A program made the translations under genes and the position numbers. Below are positions 29,094 to 37,425 of a DNA stretch of 64,000 bases, piece after piece. Position 1 is the stretch's first letter. Every line of letters begins with the position of its first letter. Location: the NCBI GenBank assembly GCA_047456295.1, contig CP179887.1, forward strand, positions 45,944-109,943, written 5' to 3'. Below the pieces are notes generated by a model. The model was not told where the DNA came from. It ran no database searches and saw only the letters and a program-made list of their open reading frames with translations. Origin of the DNA: Candidatus Nealsonbacteria bacterium. GTDB lineage: Bacteria; Patescibacteriota; Minisyncoccia; Minisyncoccales; JANBVM01.

Positions 29094-29871
29094 AAATATG
29101 TATCAAACAAGAATAATTGCAGCTAAAAATTTAGGTCAGGCATGGGAAAGAGCCTGTATCTTAATAATGAAAGAAGGACATAATCGTTATGTTCAGGCCC
29201 CTGAATATAAAATTGAAACAAGGGATTTGCCTTTGATGATAAAGGTGTCAGAACCTTTTTCAGAGCCAAGACTTTCTTTGAAATCCAATGTTAAAAAAGA
29301 ACAGGCTGATGACTATTCCAAAAAACTGCTTTTTGGGAGCGGAAAAGAAAAAGAAAACAGTTTTGATTATACCTATTTTTCTCGGCTTCGTTGTTATCCT
29401 GATTGCCGGGTGAGGGCTTTTTTGCCCAGTATTACAGAATCAAAAGAAGAACTGGAACAGGAGGTAAGAAAGGTTTCTCCTGACGGTAAATGTCTGGTTG
29501 AGAGAATTGACCAGGTGGAAAAAGCAATTAAGATTTTAAAGAAAGATCCAACCCGTCGGACAGTTGTTCTTCATACCTGGATTCCTTACAGGGATTTGAT
29601 GAAATTTGGACCTAAGAGAGAAGACACCTCTTCTCCCTGCGTGGTTTTGGTTTATCCTCAACTGGTTGATGGGAAATTGCACATGTTTATTGTAATGAAA
29701 ACCAATGATTTATATAATGCCTGGCCTGAGAATGCCTATGCCCTTACCAATCTCCAGAAACATATAGCTGATGAATTGGGGGTTGAAACTGGAACCTATA
29801 CCCATTTTTCTGTGAGTATGCATATTTATAAAGACATGTTTGAGGAAGTAAAAAGGAAATTTAATCTTTAA
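29071..29871 (+). CDS. thymidylate-synthase-fold enzyme (paralog C, N-terminally extended)
   Basis: SSPCVVLVYP...FIVMKTNDLYNAWPEN...SVSMHIYKD; overlaps upstream ORF by 23 nt. Confidence 0.7.
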   Translation: MNTVGLIKNMYQTRIIAAKNLGQAWERACILIMKEGHNRYVQAPEYKIETRDLPLMIKVSEPFSEPRLSLKSNVKKEQADDYSKKLLFGSGKEKENSFDYTYFSRLRCYPDCRVRAFLPSITESKEELEQEVRKVSPDGKCLVERIDQVEKAIKILKKDPTRRTVVLHTWIPYRDLMKFGPKREDTSSPCVVLVYPQLVDGKLHMFIVMKTNDLYNAWPENAYALTNLQKHIADELGVETGTYTHFSVSMHIYKDMFEEVKRKFNL

Positions 29872-29917
29872 GAATAAAAAACTTAATATTAGGGAATTAA
29901 GTTTTAGGAGTTCGAAT

Positions 29918-29940
29918 CTCGTCGTCCCCACCATTTCGGG
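29918..29940 (+). repeat. tRNA-Asp 3'-end copy (T-arm + acceptor + CCA)
   Basis: ggagttcgaatctcgtcgtccccacca vs tRNA-Asp gcgagttcgagtctcgtcgtccccg. Confidence 0.7.
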
Positions 29941-29942
29941 CC

Positions 29943-29972
29943 CGAGCATTTGGCTCGGGTTTTAGGTTTGAC
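29943..29972 (+). terminator. intrinsic terminator
   Basis: cccgagc-attt-gctcggg hairpin followed by TTTT. Confidence 0.6.
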
Positions 29973-30022
29973 AAAAACTAAAAGATGGGGTAAAAGTAGA
30001 TAGATTAAAATTACAATTAAAA

Positions 30023-30370
30023 GTGTGGAGGTTAAGGATAAAAATGTTTAGGAAAAAAAGGAAAAAAACAGAAATTAAAGAAAGAAAGGAAATTAAAGAG
30101 ACTAGAAAAATTGAGAAGGTAGCTATAAAAACAAATGAATTTACCAAGGGCACCTCAATCAAAATCTTCTTTCCCAATAGAGAAGAAGATAACATATGGC
30201 TTACTTCTGTAGATAAGCGCTTGAAACCTTATTCTGAATCTCAGATTAGAAGAATCTGGTCCGATTGTCAGAATCAGATAAAAGCAATGGATTCTGAGAT
30301 TCCTGTGGTATTTCATGAAATAGTTCGAAAACTTAACGAAGCTATTAAAAAGAGAGGAATAGATATCTGA
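30023..30370 (+). CDS. hypothetical protein with K/E-rich N-terminus
   Basis: ORF only; start may be internal Met at 30044. Confidence 0.4.
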   Translation: MWRLRIKMFRKKRKKTEIKERKEIKETRKIEKVAIKTNEFTKGTSIKIFFPNREEDNIWLTSVDKRLKPYSESQIRRIWSDCQNQIKAMDSEIPVVFHEIVRKLNEAIKKRGIDI

Positions 30371-30573
30371 ATAGCTAAATGTTGGTGGTTTCTAGATTTA
30401 TTTTATATAGGGAAAAAAGAACTATATCGAGAAAATAATTATTTTTTCTTTCTTTTTTCCGCTTTTTTTCAAGCCCATAATCATAGATTGTGGTTTTGAA
30501 AAAGAAAATTAAAGGAAAAGAAGATTAGAACAAAAACTGTCTATTAGTATAGGCAGTTTTTGTGTTATAATAT

Positions 30574-31206
30574 GTGTATAATAAAACAATGGAGAAGAAT
30601 ACTTTTCCTGGAAAATTTATTGTTTTTGAAGGATTGGATGGTTCAGGGCAATCAACCCAGTCAGGACTTTTAAAGGATTTTTTATTGAAAAAAGGATATA
30701 ATATTCTTCTTGCAAAGGAACCTACCTTAGATTCTGAAGCTGGGAGAAAGATCAGAAAAGTTTTGAGGAAAGAATTAAAAATACCTCCCCAGGAACTACA
30801 AGAATTGTTTGTTCAAGATAGAAAGGAACATCTGGAAAAAACCATTATTCCTGCTTTAAAACAAGGGAAAACAGTTATTTCTGACCGTTATTTTCTCTCT
30901 TCCCTTGCTTATGGAACATCTGAAGGCCTTGATTTGGAATGGTTAATTGAGATTAACAGCCAATTTCTTTTTCCTGATATAATTTTCCTTTTAAAGGTGA
31001 ATCCTGAAACTTGTATTAAAAGGGCTAAAAAGAGAAATATCAAAATTACCCTTTTTGAAGAAAAAGAAAAGTTAGCTATGGTTTGGCAAACTTATGAAAT
31101 CTTGCCAGCTCGATTTGAGAATATTTATGTTATCGATGGAGAAAAATCCATTGAAAAAGTTTTTGAACAAATAAAGAATATATTAAATAAAAAGCTAAAT
31201 TTATGA
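30574..31206 (+). CDS. tmk: thymidylate (dTMP) kinase
   Basis: FIVFEGLDGSGQSTQ P-loop and DRYFLSSLAY motif; start may be 30589. Confidence 0.85.
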   Translation: MYNKTMEKNTFPGKFIVFEGLDGSGQSTQSGLLKDFLLKKGYNILLAKEPTLDSEAGRKIRKVLRKELKIPPQELQELFVQDRKEHLEKTIIPALKQGKTVISDRYFLSSLAYGTSEGLDLEWLIEINSQFLFPDIIFLLKVNPETCIKRAKKRNIKITLFEEKEKLAMVWQTYEILPARFENIYVIDGEKSIEKVFEQIKNILNKKLNL

Positions 31207-31877
31207 AAAAGATAAACAAAAAAAATATTGCCAGAATCATTGACCACACCAATATCAAGCTTGAAGCAAAAGCCAAAGACATTAAAAAGACCTGTCAGGA
31301 GGCAAAACAGTATGGTTTCAGGTCGGTATGTGTCAATCCTAAATGGGTGAGATTAGCCAAGAAACAACTAGAGGGAACCAAGGTTAAAATAGTTGTTTTA
31401 ATTGATGCTCCCATGGGTTTAAGCTCTCATCAAAAAAGAATGAGAATATGTAAAAAAACAAAGAAACATGGGGCAGATGAACTGGATGTAGTAATGAATA
31501 TTGTTGATTTAAAATATGGAAGATATGATAAGGTTTTAAAAGATTTGAAAGGAATTTGTAGTATTTTACCCACAAAAGTAATCATTGGTTCAGGTTATCT
31601 GACAGATGACGAGATTAAGAAAGCTTCTAAGATTGTTAAGAAAGCTGGAGCTTTTTGTGTTAAAACAGCAACCTCAAAAGACCCTTTGGAAAATCGAGAA
31701 ATAAAAGAAAAAGTCTATCATCTGAAAATAATGAAAAAATCAGCTCCTGGTCTTTCAATTAAAGCCTCAGGAAAAATCAGAACCTTAAGCGATGTTAAGG
31801 CAGCTGTGAAAGCTGGAGCTGACATTATTGGTACCAGTTCCGGGATAAAGATAATAAAACAAATCTCTAAAAGATAA
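31203..31877 (+). CDS. deoC: deoxyribose-phosphate aldolase
   Basis: IDHTNIKLEA...SVCVNP...GADELDVV...CVKTATSK (Schiff-base Lys)...SGKIRT. Confidence 0.8.
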   Translation: MKKINKKNIARIIDHTNIKLEAKAKDIKKTCQEAKQYGFRSVCVNPKWVRLAKKQLEGTKVKIVVLIDAPMGLSSHQKRMRICKKTKKHGADELDVVMNIVDLKYGRYDKVLKDLKGICSILPTKVIIGSGYLTDDEIKKASKIVKKAGAFCVKTATSKDPLENREIKEKVYHLKIMKKSAPGLSIKASGKIRTLSDVKAAVKAGADIIGTSSGIKIIKQISKR

Positions 31878-31883
31878 TCCTTT

Positions 31884-33356
31884 ATGGAAAAATCTCGATT
31901 CCAGCCCGTGATAGGATTGGAAATACATGTTGAGTTAAAAACAAAAACCAAGATGTTTTGTTCTTGTTTGAATAACCCTGATGAAAGGCATCCCAATGTT
32001 AATGTATGTCCCATATGCCTGTCGCATCCAGGAACACTTCCAGTAATAAATAAGGAAGCTGTGAAAAAGGTTATAAAAACAGGCTTGGCATTGAATTGTG
32101 AAGCATCAACAGCTTCAAAATTTGATAGAAAGAATTATTTTTATCCAGATCTGCCAAAGGGATATCAAATATCTCAGTATGACATGCCTCTTTGTAAAAA
32201 GGGATTTTTGCAGATAGGGAAGAGGAAGATTAAAATAACTAGGGTTCATTTAGAAGAAGATACAGGGAGACTTATTCATCCTCAAGGTAAAGATTACAGC
32301 CTGGTGGATTTTAATCGGGCAGGCATTCCTTTAATGGAATTGGTTACTGAACCTGACCTCACTTCTGCTTTGGAAGCGAGAAGGTTTGCCCAAGAGCTTC
32401 AACTGATTTTTCGATATCTTGGTGTGTCTGATGCTGATATGGAAAAAGGACAAATGAGGGTAGAAGCTAACATCTCACTCTCTCCTAAAGATGCAAAATC
32501 CAGGACTCAACCTTTAGGTAACAAGGTAGAGGTTAAAAACCTTAATTCTTTTAAAGCAGTAGAGAGAGCAATTGATTACGAGATTGAAAGACAGGCAAAA
32601 ATTTTACAAGGAGGAAAGAAAGTTTTACTAGAAACAAGAGGCTGGAATGCTGTAAAGGAGATAACATTTTCTCAAAGAAAAAAAGAGGAAGCTCATGATT
32701 ACCGTTATTTCCCTGAACCTGATTTACCTTCACTTCATTTCACAAAAGAAGATATTAAAGGAATCAAGAGCGGGATTCCTGAGCTACCTCAAGCCAGAAG
32801 AGAAAGGTTGGCCAAAGAATATAAACTGGGTAAAGAAGCAGTTGAATTTTTCGTTCAAAATAAAGATTTGGGAGAGTATTTTGAAAAGGTGGTTAGCGAA
32901 TTTGAATCAAGGATATCCAGGGAAAAACTCTCTGCTTTAATAACTTTGGCAACCAATTATATGATTAGTGATTTACAGGGGTTATTAAAAGAAGCCGGTA
33001 TTTCTGATGAAGATTTTTTGATTACTCCGGAAAACTTTGCCGAATTCATTTCTTTATTAGAGGGTAAAAAAATATCAAGCAAAATTGCCAAGACCGTTCT
33101 TTCAGAGATGTTTGAAACCGGAGCTGATCCTTCTCAAATTATTGAAGAAAAAGGATTGTCTAAGATAACCGATGGGGTTGTGATTACAGATACTGCCAGT
33201 GAAGTAATTTCAGAGAATCCAGAAGCAGTTAAAGATTATAGAAAAGGAAAGAAAAATGCCCTTGAGTTTTTAATAGGGCAGATGATGGTAAAAGAAAAAG
33301 GAAGAATAGATCCTGAGACTGCTCGAAAAGAAATAGAGAAAAAGCTCAAAACTTAA
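31884..33356 (+). CDS. gatB: Asp/Glu-tRNA amidotransferase subunit B
   Basis: PVIGLEIHVELKTKTKMFCSC N-terminus and GatB/YqeY C-terminal domain. Confidence 0.9.
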   Translation: MEKSRFQPVIGLEIHVELKTKTKMFCSCLNNPDERHPNVNVCPICLSHPGTLPVINKEAVKKVIKTGLALNCEASTASKFDRKNYFYPDLPKGYQISQYDMPLCKKGFLQIGKRKIKITRVHLEEDTGRLIHPQGKDYSLVDFNRAGIPLMELVTEPDLTSALEARRFAQELQLIFRYLGVSDADMEKGQMRVEANISLSPKDAKSRTQPLGNKVEVKNLNSFKAVERAIDYEIERQAKILQGGKKVLLETRGWNAVKEITFSQRKKEEAHDYRYFPEPDLPSLHFTKEDIKGIKSGIPELPQARRERLAKEYKLGKEAVEFFVQNKDLGEYFEKVVSEFESRISREKLSALITLATNYMISDLQGLLKEAGISDEDFLITPENFAEFISLLEGKKISSKIAKTVLSEMFETGADPSQIIEEKGLSKITDGVVITDTASEVISENPEAVKDYRKGKKNALEFLIGQMMVKEKGRIDPETARKEIEKKLKT

Positions 33357-34252
33357 TTTTTTAAAAATTCTTTTACTAAGTTTTCAGCCTCCGGGTATTT
33401 TTTTATCCAATGAATTCTTTTATCTCTTTTAAACCAGGTCATTTGTCTCTTGGCAAATTGTAGGGTGTGATATTTAATAGTGTTTTTTACTTCTTTGTTT
33501 TCCTTTGTTGTAAGAGGAAAAGAAGGCCATTCTAGATAGCCAATTGTTTGGAGTAAAAGAAGTTTACCGTATTTTTTCCTTAAATCTTCAACCTCTTTTT
33601 CCAATCCTGATTTAAACATACTCTTTGTTCTTGTTGAGATTCTTTTTTTTAATTCCTCTTTCGATAACTTTATTCCAATCTGGAGAATATTGAAAAGAGG
33701 TTTTCCTTTCTTTCTCTGTCCCCAAAATGGTTTTTTTGTTACCTTACAAACCTCAATTGCCCTGATTAATCTTCTTTTGTTTTCTTTGTCAATGAATTCT
33801 GCTCCTCTGGGGTCTAATTTCTTATAAATCTTAAACAATTCTTCCTTGGTTTTTTCCATTAACTCTTTCCTTATCTTTTTTTGGGGTGAAACCTCTGGGA
33901 AGATGACATTATCAATGATTGACTGAATGTAGAGGCCTGTTCCTCCAACTAAAAAAGGAACCTTTTTCTTTTTTTGAATATCTTTAATGGTCTGAATAGC
34001 CATTTTTTTATACAGGGCCACATTAAATTTTTCGTTTGGATAAATAATATCAATTAAGTGGTGGGGGATAGCTTTCATTTCTTTTTTGGTTGGTTTTGCT
34101 GTTCCAACAGTCATTTCTTTATAAATCTGTCTTGAATCAGCTGAAACAATTTCTCCTTTAAATTCCTTGGCTAATTTTATTGCCAAGCCTGTTTTTCCGG
34201 TAGCTGTAGGTCCCAATATGACGATTAATTTTGGTAATTTGTTGTTTTTCAT
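33353..34252 (-). CDS. miaA: tRNA dimethylallyltransferase
   Basis: LIVILGPTATGKTGLAIKLA P-loop and SADSRQIYKEMTVGTAKPT. Confidence 0.9.
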   Translation of the reverse strand: MKNNKLPKLIVILGPTATGKTGLAIKLAKEFKGEIVSADSRQIYKEMTVGTAKPTKKEMKAIPHHLIDIIYPNEKFNVALYKKMAIQTIKDIQKKKKVPFLVGGTGLYIQSIIDNVIFPEVSPQKKIRKELMEKTKEELFKIYKKLDPRGAEFIDKENKRRLIRAIEVCKVTKKPFWGQRKKGKPLFNILQIGIKLSKEELKKRISTRTKSMFKSGLEKEVEDLRKKYGKLLLLQTIGYLEWPSFPLTTKENKEVKNTIKYHTLQFAKRQMTWFKRDKRIHWIKKYPEAENLVKEFLKN

Positions 34253-34262
34253 CTTCCAGGAA

Positions 34263-35588
34263 TTAAACTTTACTCTTTAAGATTCCCTTTAGTCCCCAGG
34301 GCAGGACATCAATAATTTTCACTTTCAAGAAGCGACCAATTAAACTGCTGGTTAATGTTTTGTCTGGTATTTTGATTTTTACTGTTTTATGGGTTCTGGT
34401 TTTACCGTATAAAAAGCCCTTTTTGTGTTCATTCACTAAAACCTCCACTTGTTTTTTAAGATATTTTCTATTGTTTTTTAAAGCAGTTTTGCTTAATACT
34501 ACTGTCAGGGTTTTCCATCTTCGCTCCTTTTCTTTTTTAGGAACGTTATCTTCCATTAAAGCTGCTTTGGTTGCAGGTCTTAGAGAATACTGGGAGATAT
34601 ATGCCATATCAAACTTAATCTCTTTGAAGAGTTTCATTGTATTTTTAAATTGTTTTTTAGTTTCTCCTGGAAAACCGACAATAACATCGGTTGATAAGCT
34701 AATATCTGGTATTTTTTGACGAATCTTTTTTACCAAACTTTTGTATTCTTTAATGTTATATTGCCGATTCATCATTTTTAAAATCTTATCGTCTCCTGAT
34801 TGAACAGGAAGGTTTAGATATTCTGTTATCTTTTTACATCTTGATATTTTTTCAATTAATTCCCCAGAGAAATCTTTAGGATTGGAGCTTGTAAACCTGA
34901 CCCAGAAATTACCTGGTATATTATTTATCATTTCCAATATCTCAGGGAAATTTATTGAAGAATTACTTGGGGATTGATAATCATTAATATTTTGGCCCAA
35001 AAGCCAGACTTCTTTGACACCTTTTTTAATTGAGTTTTCAGCTTCCTTTAATATGTCTTTATGGCATCGGCAGACCAGAGGACCGCGGGTAAAAGGAACA
35101 ACACAATAACTGCATAAATTATTGCAACCTGTTGAAATAGGGATAAGGGTGGAAAAATCTTTGGAGTATTGCGGAGAGATATTAAGATAATTTGCGTCAA
35201 ATTTTTCATTGAATTGAGAGTCTCTTTGGTTTAAATAAAGGAAATGACTTTTTCTTTTTAATATCTCTGGCCAGTACTTTAAGGTTTTAACAGGGAGAAT
35301 AAAGTCAAAGAAATCTTTAAATTTTCTAAAGTCTTTTTTTAAAAAACATCCTGTTAAGATAGTTTTAATAGCCTGTTTGTTTTTTCTTAAACCCTTAAAC
35401 TTTTGGGAAAGACCGTAAATCCTATCGACAGCTGATTGTCTTACCGAACACATATTGACAATAATCAAATCAGCCTCATTTATTGTTGAAGCTGATTTAT
35501 ATCCCATTTTTTCTATCACAGAGGCAAGTCTTTCAGAGTCAGATTTATTCATCTGACATCCGTAAGTAACAATAAGGTATTTTTTCAT
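34263..35588 (-). CDS. miaB: radical-SAM methylthiotransferase (MiaB-like)
   Basis: MKKYLIVTYGCQMNKSDSE UPF0004 domain; CxxxCxxC radical SAM (CNNLCSYC); TRAM domain; start taken at internal MKKYLIV. Confidence 0.8.
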   Translation of the reverse strand: MKKYLIVTYGCQMNKSDSERLASVIEKMGYKSASTINEADLIIVNMCSVRQSAVDRIYGLSQKFKGLRKNKQAIKTILTGCFLKKDFRKFKDFFDFILPVKTLKYWPEILKRKSHFLYLNQRDSQFNEKFDANYLNISPQYSKDFSTLIPISTGCNNLCSYCVVPFTRGPLVCRCHKDILKEAENSIKKGVKEVWLLGQNINDYQSPSNSSINFPEILEMINNIPGNFWVRFTSSNPKDFSGELIEKISRCKKITEYLNLPVQSGDDKILKMMNRQYNIKEYKSLVKKIRQKIPDISLSTDVIVGFPGETKKQFKNTMKLFKEIKFDMAYISQYSLRPATKAALMEDNVPKKEKERRWKTLTVVLSKTALKNNRKYLKKQVEVLVNEHKKGFLYGKTRTHKTVKIKIPDKTLTSSLIGRFLKVKIIDVLPWGLKGILKSKV

Positions 35589-35658
35589 ATCATTTTCTTT
35601 ATAACAGAAAAACAGCCCCTGACAAGGCTGTTTTCTATTATTTTTCAAAACTTTCCCT

Positions 35659-37413
35659 TTATTCTTTGGCCCCTTCTTGTGTCTGTAAAGATGATTTTAG
35701 CTTTAACTGTAATTGAGGACAGCTATTGACTCTTGTCCATGATTTTGGAACATCACAGGGGGTTGGGAATTCCTTACATTCATTTGTTATAGGGTCTTTA
35801 GCTGGAGTAATAACCTGAATACAGACTTGAGGTTCTTTACAAAGAGGCACTATGCATTTGCCTTCAACACATTTTGAGGTTTCTCCTATACAGCGGGAAA
35901 GGGGACAATCTTCATCTGTCTGGCACTGAAAAGAAACCCCTGGTTTTTTACAGATGCTGTAAGTCCTGGCTACCCTGATTTCTTCCAGACCCTCACAGCA
36001 TAACTGAGAAATTGCGCCAAGAAGAGGGTTCCGGTTCACTCTTTGTCCTTCTATGGCACAGCGTATTTCAGCTCTACATACTTCCCGATAGGCAATTGCA
36101 ACTCCTTGTTTTTTTGCTTCACAGATATTGAGATAGGTGTTTCCGTCTGTTCCACAAACAGGAGCTTCAATATCTGTACAGATTATAGCCTGAGATTCTG
36201 CAGTCTCTTCAAAGCCTGCTCTTACTGCCATAATTCTAATGGCATTTTTAGACAAAGATTCAAATGTTGTTGTTTGACCGAAAGCAGCTCCGTAATTTCC
36301 CTCCTCATAGTATTTTTTAGCAGCCTCTAAATTTTCCTGGGCTTCTTCTACCAGTCGATAGACAGCAGGCATTTCTTCTTTTGTAATCTCTTTTTCAAGG
36401 ATTAAGGACTTGGCTTTTTCTAATATTTGTTCAGCTCGATTAATCTGTTCTTGGGTCTTTTCTGGTGTTATCATTTCTTTATACTTGTTTTCTATTCTCT
36501 CAACGTTTATTTCTCTTGCTTGTTTAATAATTACCCTTAATTTTTCTGAAAGTTCTTTTCCTTCAAGATAACCCAATATATCCAATTGGTTTAATTTATC
36601 TCCGCTTATCCTCTCTATGTATTGTTTAAATTGTTCTTGCTCTTCTGGAGGAAGCGCTTCTAAACTCTGGCGTAATCTTTCTATTATCTCTTCTTTCTTT
36701 TGTTCAATTTTCTCTTGTATATCTTCTGGAAGCCTTTTTTTAAATTCATTAAGAACCTCCAGGTTTTTGAAGTCTTTAAATTTACTGCCTTTTAATTTTT
36801 CTAAATTGTTTACCAATCTATCAGGGATTTTAGCTTTATCTTCAAGTTTTAACATTACATTGTTAAATCTTTCTAAGTGTTCTTCCCTGGCTTGTTTTAT
36901 CTTTTCAAAGGCTTCAACAGGTACCTGCTCTTGTAGTTTTAAAAGCAGTTTTTCGTGAAGAAACTGATGTTGGGTAAATTTATCTAAAAAGGTTCCTATT
37001 CTTTCATTTTCCTGGGCTGTTTCCCTTATTCTTTCTGTATATCTTTCAACTTTTTCCATTTCATTTCTATACTTTTCAGTAGCCTTTTTTAAGCTTTCTG
37101 GATTTCTTTTTATCTCAACCATTTTCTTTAATTCCATCAATCTTTCATTTGCAAATCTTTCTCTCAGTTCTGCTTTTGCCACTGAGTTGAAAGTAAAGAA
37201 AGCCCTGATTTCTCTTCCCCAGTCTCTCAAAAAATAAAAGGGGCTGTCGGGTAATATTGCAGGTTCACCAACTTCCAGGTCAGCTGGCTGAACATCCTCG
37301 TCAAGATTAACTTGTTCAATGACTTGTGATGTATCTTGAGCTGAAACAAAGCTCCCCACAAGGAGAAGAGTTAAGGCTGTTAAAGCCAAAAGGTATTTGG
37401 TTGTTTTTCGCAT
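35659..37413 (-). CDS. secreted coiled-coil protein with Kazal-type and Cys-rich C-terminal domains
   Basis: signal peptide; long E/K-rich coiled coil; CTDIEAPVCGTDGNTYLNICEAKKQG Kazal signature; about 20 further Cys. Confidence 0.6.
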   Translation of the reverse strand: MRKTTKYLLALTALTLLLVGSFVSAQDTSQVIEQVNLDEDVQPADLEVGEPAILPDSPFYFLRDWGREIRAFFTFNSVAKAELRERFANERLMELKKMVEIKRNPESLKKATEKYRNEMEKVERYTERIRETAQENERIGTFLDKFTQHQFLHEKLLLKLQEQVPVEAFEKIKQAREEHLERFNNVMLKLEDKAKIPDRLVNNLEKLKGSKFKDFKNLEVLNEFKKRLPEDIQEKIEQKKEEIIERLRQSLEALPPEEQEQFKQYIERISGDKLNQLDILGYLEGKELSEKLRVIIKQAREINVERIENKYKEMITPEKTQEQINRAEQILEKAKSLILEKEITKEEMPAVYRLVEEAQENLEAAKKYYEEGNYGAAFGQTTTFESLSKNAIRIMAVRAGFEETAESQAIICTDIEAPVCGTDGNTYLNICEAKKQGVAIAYREVCRAEIRCAIEGQRVNRNPLLGAISQLCCEGLEEIRVARTYSICKKPGVSFQCQTDEDCPLSRCIGETSKCVEGKCIVPLCKEPQVCIQVITPAKDPITNECKEFPTPCDVPKSWTRVNSCPQLQLKLKSSLQTQEGAKE

Positions 37414-37425
37414 AGTATTATTATG

